A stretch of 64,000 nucleotides of DNA from Sneathiellales bacterium (GTDB taxonomy: Bacteria > Pseudomonadota > Alphaproteobacteria > JANQFL01): contig JANQFL010000094.1 in NCBI GenBank assembly GCA_028277845.1, forward strand, positions 26,791-90,790, read 5' to 3'. The notes beneath the pieces are model-generated. The model saw only the letters and a list, made by a program, of their open reading frames with translations, had not been told where the DNA came from and ran no database searches. Within the stretch, counting starts at the first letter, position 1, and every line of letters begins with the position of its first letter. Both the position numbers and the translations under genes were made by a program. This document shows, one piece after another, positions 42,611-50,815 of this stretch.

Positions 42611-43908
42611 CGGAGACCGCCACCCTGCCCCGGCCGGTTCGGCAGTCGGACGCCCTGTTGGCCGAGCGGGAACGCAAAGGCGTGCGCACTCTGACCTTCG
42701 TCCGGGCCGTCGCCCTCGCCATCATCGCCGTCAGCCATTGGGTGGTCGGCGCCAGCGTATTCGAAAAGGTGGCCGCCACGGCCCTGGCCGCCATCGCCGC
42801 CGTCGCCATCGTCGTGTCCGTGGTTCTGCTGGCCCGCAAACGCCATGTCGGCGCCGTCGGTGTCGCCGGCAGCCTCATCGATATCGCCATCCTCGCCGCG
42901 TTGCCGGTCATCTGGTACGTGTCCGTGGGCGGCCAGGCGGTCCCGCCGGCCTATATGCTGAAAACCCAGCTCTCCATCATGTCGCTGACCCTGGTGGCGT
43001 TGAACGCGCTGGCGCTGCGCCCGCTCTATCCCATCCTGGTCGCGGCCGGGGCCGTCGCCGTGCATGGTGCACTGATGGCCTACATCCTGGCCGACGAGCG
43101 TACCGTCGTCGGCGGCTATCTCGACGCCATCATGGGACCGGCCTTGAGCGCCGAATTCACCCTGACCGCCATGATGACGATCGGCCTGGTCGGGCTGATC
43201 ACCGGATACATGGCCTACACCGCCCGCCGCACGGTGGTGCAGGGCGTGCAGCTCGAGGTCTCCAACGCCCGGCTCGGCCGCTACTTCTCACCGGGCGTGG
43301 TCGCCCGCATCGCCGACGAGGGCGGCGGCGTCACGGGTCTGGGCGGCCGCACCCAGGACGTGGCGGTGATGTTCCTCGACATCCGCGGTTTCACGGCGAT
43401 GACCGAGAAACTGGCGCCGTCGGACGCCGTCGCCCTGCTGTCGCAGTACCACGAGCGCATGGTGCAGGAGATCTTCCGCTTCGGCGGCACCATCGACAAG
43501 TTCATCGGCGACGCCATCATGGTCACCTTCGGCACGCCCGACCCGGCAAACGACGATGCCGAACGGGCGGTGCGGGCCGGCCTGGCCATGAACCGGGCGC
43601 TCGCCGACCTCAATGCGGACCGGTCGGCAGCCGGCCAACCGGCGATCCGCCACGGTATCGGCATCCACTACGGGCCGGTCATCGCCGGCAATATCGGCAC
43701 GGAATCCCGGCTGGAATATACCGTCATCGGCGATACCGTGAACGTGGCCAGCCGGGTCGAGGACGCCTGCAAGGCGACCGGCGAGACATTCCTGATCTCG
43801 GACGCGGTCCAGGCCCGGATTCCCGCCGACATCGCCGTGCGCGCCCTGGCCGAACATCAGGTCAAGGGCCGGCAGGCCCCAGTCCGTCTGTTTGCCGTCG
43901 ACGGCTAA
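42607..43908 (+). CDS. Membrane-anchored class III adenylate cyclase (6 TM + cyclase homology domain)
   Basis: Start MTETATL overlaps the tetR stop (ATGA). Six hydrophobic helices. Cyclase-homology-domain motifs FLDIRGFT and KFIGDAIMVTFG, with the adenine-specifying Lys. The track ORF 41818..43908 is an upstream-extended artefact. Confidence 0.8.
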   Translation: MTETATLPRPVRQSDALLAERERKGVRTLTFVRAVALAIIAVSHWVVGASVFEKVAATALAAIAAVAIVVSVVLLARKRHVGAVGVAGSLIDIAILAALPVIWYVSVGGQAVPPAYMLKTQLSIMSLTLVALNALALRPLYPILVAAGAVAVHGALMAYILADERTVVGGYLDAIMGPALSAEFTLTAMMTIGLVGLITGYMAYTARRTVVQGVQLEVSNARLGRYFSPGVVARIADEGGGVTGLGGRTQDVAVMFLDIRGFTAMTEKLAPSDAVALLSQYHERMVQEIFRFGGTIDKFIGDAIMVTFGTPDPANDDAERAVRAGLAMNRALADLNADRSAAGQPAIRHGIGIHYGPVIAGNIGTESRLEYTVIGDTVNVASRVEDACKATGETFLISDAVQARIPADIAVRALAEHQVKGRQAPVRLFAVDG

Positions 43909-44015
43909 GGATTTCGGCCTGACGCCGGCGCCGGCCGCCGCCCGACCAAATCCGGCTGCTTGCCGACGATGTTTAGAACCGAGGCTTTGAAACCCACGCG
44001 AAAGAAGAGCTGCCG

Positions 44016-44774
44016 TTATATTAGTTTGTGTTCTTCCCGAAAGCGGTCGAACCATTGACGACTGGTGCCGTCCGCCATTTTTGCGACATCAGGTTTCACG
44101 CCATAGGCGGCTTCGCGATCCAGCCCAAGGAAATCCAGTACCGTGCCCAATGTCTTCTCAGGAGCGTCAGATAGCGCTTCGTAGGTAATGCGAAGTGGCT
44201 CGATCTGTTCGCGATCGAACCATGTATTCCAATCTCGATCGTAGGCCAGGAACCGCTCAAGTTGGTCATTTATCCTGTCCGCGTCATATGTCGGTGCCCG
44301 GGGGGAAGCCAGCCGTTCCAACTCCGTCCCGTCCGATGACACATGCCACAGCCCGGATTGGTCCGCTTTCACATACGAAATCGCTTGTTCCAGCTTGTCA
44401 CGCCGCGTCAAATGAATGAACGATACTCTTCCGAACACTGCGGCGAGACGCTGGGAATCTCTTGAAAGCGACGGCTGCAGGACAGCCAGTTTCTCGAGGA
44501 AAAAGTCGAAGCTGTGCCTTTGCAGTCTAAGGCCAAAGATACCGGTGTTTCCGCTCCCCTCGGCGATTGCCGCCCGGAAGACTCCATCCAGAAGCTCCCG
44601 TTCCGATCCCGTGGACGTGATCGGCAGGTCATAATAGCCGAGCCACGACTTCAACGACGGTTCATGAAAATACGAACCTGGATGTCCCGCCACACCCGTC
44701 TGAGAAAGCAGCCGGCACAGCAGCGTGCTGCCGCTGCGCGGTGACGTGCAAATGATATAAGAGTCGACGGCCAT
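44016..44774 (-). CDS. Stf0-type sulfotransferase (P-loop, PAPS-binding)
   Basis: ICTSPRSGSTLL 5'-PSB motif and LTRRD 3'-PB-like motif, 252 aa. The local GC is about 55-58% against about 68% in the flanks. Confidence 0.65.
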   Translation of the reverse strand: MAVDSYIICTSPRSGSTLLCRLLSQTGVAGHPGSYFHEPSLKSWLGYYDLPITSTGSERELLDGVFRAAIAEGSGNTGIFGLRLQRHSFDFFLEKLAVLQPSLSRDSQRLAAVFGRVSFIHLTRRDKLEQAISYVKADQSGLWHVSSDGTELERLASPRAPTYDADRINDQLERFLAYDRDWNTWFDREQIEPLRITYEALSDAPEKTLGTVLDFLGLDREAAYGVKPDVAKMADGTSRQWFDRFREEHKLI

Positions 44775-44871
44775 AAGGGGTAGGGTACAGCAATCGAAAC
44801 AGCACCGCGATGCGTTCCGAAACCGACGACTTCAACTCATTGAGCATGTCCTGATTTGCGGGACATACGAA

Positions 44872-45144
44872 CTAATCCACGTTTGCATTGTCCGGGTGCG
44901 TGTCGACGAAGTGTCTCAGGGTCATCTTCAGGCACAATACGCGCTCGATGTCCTTGCGCCGTTTCGCGTCGGCAATGTCGTCCAGGATCATGCGCTTGAT
45001 CATGCGCACGCCGTCGTCGGTGTGCACCAGATATTCGCCCAGTTCCAGCGCCGCCATCTCGGGGATGTGTTCGTGTTGCGCGATGGCGTCGATTTCGTCT
45101 TGGGTCAGTTCACACAGGCCGAGGCAGTCTTCGAACGTCAACAT
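44872..45144 (-). CDS. Hypothetical small acidic protein (90 aa)
   Basis: MLTFEDCLGLCELTQDEIDAIAQHEHIP... has no recognisable family. Confidence 0.45.
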   Translation of the reverse strand: MLTFEDCLGLCELTQDEIDAIAQHEHIPEMAALELGEYLVHTDDGVRMIKRMILDDIADAKRRKDIERVLCLKMTLRHFVDTHPDNANVD

Positions 45145-45236
45145 CGTGTCACCGCCTTTCCGCTCGTTTTCCTCCTGTCATCAGGCTGCCACGGAACGGT
45201 AACGTTTGCATTGACGGGGCTCAACGGCGGCGCCGA

Positions 45237-46097
45237 CTACAACCAGTCCTCGCGCCACGTGTCGTAGTCGGCCTGACAGGTGATGGCCTGCATCAACTCG
45301 GCCGATGCCTTGCCCGCGATGTCTTCCGGCTCGACGCCGTCGCGCAGCGCTTTCATGGTGGCGTAGACCGCCTGCACCGCCGCCGGGAAGGTCTGGTGGC
45401 CGCGCAGCAGGAAGCGGACGCCGTGGCCGGCGAGCCAGGCCGGGTCGCGCAGGTCCTTCGACCCGCCGCCCAGCAGCAGCGGCACGTTGACGTCCGCCGC
45501 GATGGTTTCAAGATCATCGCGGGATCGCACGCCGACCAGGAACAGGGCGTCGACGCCGGCGGCTTCGTAGGCCTTGCAGCGGGCGACGGCGTCTTCGACC
45601 GACGTCAGATGCGCGGCGGAGGTGCGGCCGGCGATGACCATGTCCGCGTCGCGCCGCGCGGCCAGGGCCGCCTTCATCTTGCCCACCCCTTCCTCGATGC
45701 CGAGCAGCCGCGCCTGGCCGCCCGAGCCGTAGGGCTGCGGCAGGTCGGTGTCCTCGATGGTCAGGCCGGCGATACCGGCGGCTTCCAGTTCCTCCACCGT
45801 GCGCATGACGTTCAGCGCGTTGCCGTAGCCGTGATCGGCATCGGCGAACAGCGGCAGCTCGGACGCCCGGCCCATGCGCATGGCCTGGTCGGCGAATTCG
45901 GACAGGGTCAGCACGATCAAGTCCGGCGCCGCCAATACGGCCAGCGAGGCCAGAGAACCGGCATACATGCCCATCTCGTAGCCCAAATGCTCGGCGATGC
46001 GCACCGAGGCCGGATCGTAGACCGAGGCCGGGTAGACACAGTGCTCGGTGCTGAGGATTTCACGGAAACGGCGGCGGCGGTCGGTCCAGCGCGGCAT
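45237..46097 (-). CDS. Isocitrate lyase/PEP mutase superfamily protein (oxaloacetate decarboxylase / methylisocitrate lyase-like)
   Basis: YDPASVRIAEHLGYEMGMYAGSL, FADADHGYGNA and TIEDT motifs, 286 aa. Confidence 0.7.
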   Translation of the reverse strand: MPRWTDRRRRFREILSTEHCVYPASVYDPASVRIAEHLGYEMGMYAGSLASLAVLAAPDLIVLTLSEFADQAMRMGRASELPLFADADHGYGNALNVMRTVEELEAAGIAGLTIEDTDLPQPYGSGGQARLLGIEEGVGKMKAALAARRDADMVIAGRTSAAHLTSVEDAVARCKAYEAAGVDALFLVGVRSRDDLETIAADVNVPLLLGGGSKDLRDPAWLAGHGVRFLLRGHQTFPAAVQAVYATMKALRDGVEPEDIAGKASAELMQAITCQADYDTWREDWL

Positions 46098-46172
46098 GGC
46101 GGGCTCCCTGCGAATCTGTTTTGCAGAGACTAGCGTTTCCGGCGCGCCGATGCCACGGATGGCGCGGGCCGG

Positions 46173-46619
46173 TCAGCCGCCGGACACCATCTCCGTGTAG
46201 CGCCGCTGCATTTCCTCCGTCGTCACGTCTTCGATGGAATGGCCGATCAGCCAGTCATAGCCGAACGGGTCGCGGATGGTGCCCGACCTTTCGCCGTAGA
46301 AATGATCCTGTGGCGGGCGGACGAGCTTGGCACCCGCCGCCACCGCTTTGTCGAGCAGGGCGTCGGCATCGTCCACGTGCAGATGGATGACGAAGGTGCC
46401 GGGGCCGTCCGGCGCCGGTGCGTGGATATCGTATTCGGGAAATTCGTTGCTGACCATCAGCGTGGTACCGGCGAGGGACAATTCGGCATGGCCGATGCGG
46501 CCGCCCGGTTCGACCAGACGGAAGGATTCCTCGGCGCCGAACACGTCCTTGTAATAGGCGATGGCGGCCTCGGCGTCCTTGAAGCGCAGATAGACGAACA
46601 GTTCGTGGATCGACATCAC
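46173..46619 (-). CDS. VOC-family (glyoxalase/bleomycin-resistance fold) protein
   Basis: 148 aa with the paired beta-alpha-beta-beta-beta module pattern (GHAELSL, PFGYDW). Confidence 0.65.
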   Translation of the reverse strand: MMSIHELFVYLRFKDAEAAIAYYKDVFGAEESFRLVEPGGRIGHAELSLAGTTLMVSNEFPEYDIHAPAPDGPGTFVIHLHVDDADALLDKAVAAGAKLVRPPQDHFYGERSGTIRDPFGYDWLIGHSIEDVTTEEMQRRYTEMVSGG

Positions 46620-46691
46620 ACATCCTCGTTTAGTTTCGATGGACCGCCAGCCTGCCCGCGATGGCCCACGCGGGTCTTGATGAAATTTGAC

Positions 46692-47528
46692 CTAAATCGC
46701 GCGGCGGCGGTCAACACTTATCGGAATATGGCGCGGCGCGGACGGAGACACGCGCCGGTACTGACCCGGCGTTACCCCGGCGAAGGCGCGGAATTCCCGG
46801 CTCAGATGGGCCTGGTCGGCATAACCTTCCGCCGCCGCGATATCCGCCCACGGGTTTTCCGGCGTTGCCTGGAACCGCTCCAGCACCCGGCCGAAACGGC
46901 GCAACCGGCAATAGGTCTTGGGTGTCAGGCCGGCGGCCTGTTCAAACGTACGCACCACATGGCGATGGCTGTAGCCGCTGTCCGCCACCACGGCACCGAC
47001 AGCGTCCCCCGCATCGAACCGGGCCAATGCCCGGGCGATCAGAGGGCTGACGCTAAGCTCCTCCCGCACCCGCGCTGCCAGGAAATCCTCTGTGATGGCC
47101 ATCCGTTCGCGGCATGACGGTGCCGACAAAAGCCGCCCGCGCAGTTCGGCCAAGTCGGTCGGGAGCCAGACATCCTCGAGAGGGGTGTGAGCACCCGCCA
47201 GGACAGCGGCGGGTGTGCCGGTCAACGGCTCGGCCGCCCCGGAGCGCAACATGACGCCGACCATCGGTTCGGGCGCGGAGAGAGCCTTCACATACGGCGC
47301 GGCACGGACACCGCCGATGATGGACATGCCCACCGTGGAGCCCACGGCGTCGCCGGCACCGGCAAACAGGCGCAACGGCGTGCCGCCGAGGCGGAACACC
47401 AAATGCATGGCGCCGGTGGGCAGGACCAGTTCACGCGCCGCCTGCTGGGCGTGACCGGTCCCGCCGCCTGCCCAGATCAGCGACACGAACGGCCGTAGTA
47501 TAGGTTTGGATGGGCGCCGCAGCATCAT
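46692..47528 (-). CDS. AraC-family transcriptional regulator
   Basis: C-terminal AraC helix-turn-helix (AGLTPKTYCRLRRF...LSREFRAFAGVTPGQYRR). The start was chosen at MMLRRPS. The track ORF begins at 47573. Confidence 0.7.
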   Translation of the reverse strand: MMLRRPSKPILRPFVSLIWAGGGTGHAQQAARELVLPTGAMHLVFRLGGTPLRLFAGAGDAVGSTVGMSIIGGVRAAPYVKALSAPEPMVGVMLRSGAAEPLTGTPAAVLAGAHTPLEDVWLPTDLAELRGRLLSAPSCRERMAITEDFLAARVREELSVSPLIARALARFDAGDAVGAVVADSGYSHRHVVRTFEQAAGLTPKTYCRLRRFGRVLERFQATPENPWADIAAAEGYADQAHLSREFRAFAGVTPGQYRRVSPSAPRHIPISVDRRRAI

Positions 47529-47627
47529 GCCCGGAACCTTCCGGCGTTGAACACCCGAGAAGCGTACAGGCAAAACCTCGACGTTTGAATGCGGATCCGA
47601 CCGGGGGTTCGGGGCGATGTCCGCCGC

Positions 47628-47846
47628 TCAGCGCCCCGACCAGGTGGTCCAAAGATTCACCGCCGTGGAGCCCGCATCGTTGGCCGGCGCTATGTCGAAG
47701 CCGACGCGCTGGCGTTCGGCCAGTTGGCCGAGGCCCGCGGCGGCGACCGCCGCCGGGGTGACGGGGATCGGCGCGGCGCCGCTGTCGGGCGCAATCAAAC
47801 CACGTCCGGTATCGGGGCTGTACGATACGACCGTACCGAAATTCAT
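47628..47846 (-). CDS. Cold-shock-domain protein (divergent)
   Basis: MNFGTVVSYSPDTGRGLIAPDSG matches the CSD pattern GTVKWFNxxKGFGFIxPDDG. It ends in ...VGFDIAPANDAGSTAVNL. The start was chosen at MNFGTV. The track ORF adds 26 aa. Confidence 0.5.
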   Translation of the reverse strand: MNFGTVVSYSPDTGRGLIAPDSGAAPIPVTPAAVAAAGLGQLAERQRVGFDIAPANDAGSTAVNLWTTWSGR

Positions 47847-48040
47847 GACCGGCATTCCTTTTCCTGCAATCCTTGCTGACCGCTTCCCGCCGGGCCCTTG
47901 AGGCCGGCCGGACCGGATGACCATGACCGAAAAATGTGACCGGCCGGTGACGGAGGCGAAAAATCCTCAATCCGGTTGACGCAGGTCCGGAATCGGCGTT
48001 AGTTCGGGCCGAAACTCCCACCTGAACCGAGGCCAAGTCC

Positions 48041-49330
48041 GTGACCGTCCAAGCCTATGCCGATATGGATGCCGCCGCCCTCAGTGCCGCGGCGGAGACC
48101 CTCAGCGAACGCCACCGCGAGCTGGCCAAACGCAACACCCAGATCGACATGACCCGGGGCAAGCCGGCGCCCGAACAGCTCGACCTGAGCAACGCTATCC
48201 TCACCATCGTCGGGCCCGACGACGTGTTCGGCGACGACGGCACCGATTACCGCAATTACGGTCTGGGTACGGGCACCCCCGAGGCCAAAAAGTTCTTCGC
48301 CGAATACATGGAGGTGACGCCGAAGGAGATCATCGTCGGCGGTAATTCCAGCCTCAACCTGATGTACGACACCCTGGCCGGCGCCGTGCTCTACGGCATG
48401 CCCGGCGGCAGCGAGCCGTGGGGCAAGGTGCCGGGCGGCGCCAAGGTGCTGTGCCCGGTACCGGGCTACGACCGCCATTTTGCCGTGTGCGAAACCCTGG
48501 GCATCGAAATGATCACCGTCGATCTGGACGACGACGGCCCCGACATGGACCGGGTCGAGGATTTGGCGGCCAACGACGCCGCCATCAAGGGGATCTGGTG
48601 CGTGCCGAAATATTCCAACCCCACCGGCATCACCTACTCGGACGCGGTTGTCGACCGGCTCGCCGGCATGAAAACCGCGGCGGCCGATTTCCGCATCCTG
48701 TGGGACAACGCCTACGCGGTGCATCACCTGGGCGGCGGCGTTGCCACGGTGAAGAATATCCTGGCGGCGTGCCGCGCCGCCGGCAACGAGGACCGGGCGC
48801 TGATGTTCGGCTCCACGTCCAAAATCACCCACGCCGGGTCGGGCATCGCCGTCCTGGCGGCGTCGGAGAGCAACATCGCCGATGCGTCGAAAAAGATGGG
48901 CGTGGCCACCATCGGGCCGGACAAGATCAACCAGGCGCGGCATGTGAAATTTTTCGGCGACCTGGACGGCCTGCGCGCCCACATGGACCGGCACGCCGCG
49001 ATCATCGCGCCCAAGTTCGCCGCCGTGCTGGATGCCCTGGAAAACCACCTGGGCGGCAAGGGCCTGGCGACGTGGAGCAAACCGCAGGGCGGTTACTTCG
49101 TCAGCGTCGACGTGCCGGACGGCTGCGCCAAGCGCGTGGTCGCATTGGCCGCCGAAGCGGGCGTCAAGATGACCGGCGCCGGCGCCACGTTCCCGTACGG
49201 CAAGGACCCGCGCGACCGCAATCTGCGCATCGCCCCGACCATGCCGTCACCGGACGACATCGCCAAGGCCATGGACGTGATCTGCGCGAGTATCGAGCTG
49301 GCGGCGGTGGAGAAGCTGCGGGCGGGTTAA
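48041..49330 (+). CDS. PLP-dependent aminotransferase class I/II family protein
   Basis: 429 aa with a candidate PLP-lysine in GSTSKITHAGSG. The exact subfamily is unclear. Confidence 0.6.
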   Translation: MTVQAYADMDAAALSAAAETLSERHRELAKRNTQIDMTRGKPAPEQLDLSNAILTIVGPDDVFGDDGTDYRNYGLGTGTPEAKKFFAEYMEVTPKEIIVGGNSSLNLMYDTLAGAVLYGMPGGSEPWGKVPGGAKVLCPVPGYDRHFAVCETLGIEMITVDLDDDGPDMDRVEDLAANDAAIKGIWCVPKYSNPTGITYSDAVVDRLAGMKTAAADFRILWDNAYAVHHLGGGVATVKNILAACRAAGNEDRALMFGSTSKITHAGSGIAVLAASESNIADASKKMGVATIGPDKINQARHVKFFGDLDGLRAHMDRHAAIIAPKFAAVLDALENHLGGKGLATWSKPQGGYFVSVDVPDGCAKRVVALAAEAGVKMTGAGATFPYGKDPRDRNLRIAPTMPSPDDIAKAMDVICASIELAAVEKLRAG

Positions 49331-49704
49331 GCCTCGAGGCGTCCCCGCCATGCCAGCAAAAAGGCGCCGCCGAACGCCACTTCGATGACGACGGCGAACC
49401 AGATGCCGGGCCCCGCGTGGCCACGGACAAACTCGAATACGCCCATGCAGGCCAATCCCGCCATCGCCACGGCCATGCCGGCGCTCACGGCCCGGCGGGC
49501 CTCCGACGGTGGCGCGGTGCGAATCAACAGATTGACGGTACCGAGGCCGAGAAACAGCATCGCCGCCCGTTTCGCCAACAGGTCCGAGGTGTCCGTTTGC
49601 ACCATCGCAAACAGCCGGTAGACGATTTCCGGAAGAAACAGCAGACAGGCGGACAGCAGAAAGCACAGCACGGCAGCGGCCGTGCTCAAGCTACGGAACG
49701 ACAT
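49327..49704 (-). CDS. DUF4345-like small membrane protein
   Basis: Four hydrophobic segments. The start was chosen at MSFRSLSTAAAVLCF. The track ORF begins at 49803. Confidence 0.5.
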   Translation of the reverse strand: MSFRSLSTAAAVLCFLLSACLLFLPEIVYRLFAMVQTDTSDLLAKRAAMLFLGLGTVNLLIRTAPPSEARRAVSAGMAVAMAGLACMGVFEFVRGHAGPGIWFAVVIEVAFGGAFLLAWRGRLEA

Positions 49705-49799
49705 GATCGGACCTTTTTTTCGTCGAACGCCATACGCTATCGCACCGCCGGCAGTCCCGCCATGTGGCGAAGTGGCGCGAGCCGCAAGGAGCGGGCTCC

Positions 49800-50552
49800 T
49801 CAAGCGATCAGCAGCCCGCCGTTCACCGGCAGCACGGCGCCGGTCATGTAGGACGAGAGGTCGGAGGCCAGGAACAGGCAGACATTAGCGACGTCGTCCG
49901 AGGTGCCCAGGCGCCCCATGGGCACCGTCGCGGCGATGGCGTCCTTGTCTGCGCGGGTCATGGCGCCCCTGGTGAAGTCGTTGTCGATGACGCCGGGCGC
50001 GACGGCGTTGGCGCGGATGCCGTCCGGCGCCAGTTCGCGGGCCAGGGCCCTGGCCAGGCCAAAGAGGCCCGACTTGGCGGCGGCGTAGTGGGAGCGGCCG
50101 AACAACCCGCCGCCGGCCTGGCCGGCGATGGACGACATGAGGACGATCGACCCGTTGCCCGCCGTCTTCATGTGCGGGATAACCGCCTGGGCCATGTTGA
50201 AGTTGCCCCGCAGGTTGACGTCGAGCACCTCGTCGTACTCGTCCCGGCCGATGTCCAGCACCGGCGTGCCGTGGACCACGCCGGCATTGCCGACGAGGAT
50301 ATCGGGAGCCCCAAACGCCGCGGCGGCGTGGTCGACGGCGGCAAGGCACGCCGCCTTGTCCCGCACGTCGCAGGCGATCCCCAGGCTATCGCCATCCAAA
50401 TCGGCGGCCGCCGAAGCGGAATCGGTCTCCGGCAAATCGAGCACGGCGACACGGGCGCCATGACGGACGAACAGCCGCGCCGTCGCGAACCCGATACCGG
50501 AACGGGTGCCGCCGCCCGTGATCACCGCGCTGCGGCCCTCGAGTAGTGCCAT
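49800..50552 (-). CDS. SDR-family oxidoreductase
   Basis: ITGGGTRSGIGFATA glycine motif and a YAAAK active site. The true start is MALLEGRSAV at 50552. Confidence 0.8.
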   Translation of the reverse strand: MALLEGRSAVITGGGTRSGIGFATARLFVRHGARVAVLDLPETDSASAAADLDGDSLGIACDVRDKAACLAAVDHAAAAFGAPDILVGNAGVVHGTPVLDIGRDEYDEVLDVNLRGNFNMAQAVIPHMKTAGNGSIVLMSSIAGQAGGGLFGRSHYAAAKSGLFGLARALARELAPDGIRANAVAPGVIDNDFTRGAMTRADKDAIAATVPMGRLGTSDDVANVCLFLASDLSSYMTGAVLPVNGGLLIA

Positions 50553-50709
50553 GGATGCATTCTCCCGCTGTCCATCCCCAGGCAGGCGCAATGCCACCGC
50601 CCCCATCGACTTTCCCCGGCATTCAGGGCCTTTGTTGCGCGATCTGTCACGAAAAATCTTCGTATTAACCCTAATTGTTGGTTACCACGCCATTTGGTAA
50701 TGCTAATCT

Positions 50710-50722
50710 GTTGATATTCAAC
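50710..50722. promoter_or_regulatory. 13-bp palindrome GTTGA-TAT-TCAAC in the AT-rich promoter region of the giant gene
   Basis: Inverted 5-bp arms with a 3-bp spacer about 95 bp upstream of the ATG. Nearby TTGGT(T/A)A direct repeats. Confidence 0.35.
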
Positions 50723-50815
50723 GTTAGGTGGGCAAGCGCTCACTGACGAAAATGTCCGGATACCTGGTCGTGGGTAGGTCAAAACCGGCGTAGTTTATGG
50801 GGGTAGGAGATCTCG

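Noticed and set aside
41818-43908. 696-aa ORF
   Set aside because: Only the last 433 aa (from MTETATL at 42607) form the adenylate cyclase. The upstream part is a frame-overlap through the tetR gene and the divergent promoter.
48418-49851. 477-aa Arg/Gly-rich plus ORF
   Set aside because: It is out of frame within the aminotransferase gene and antisense to the downstream membrane-protein and SDR genes.
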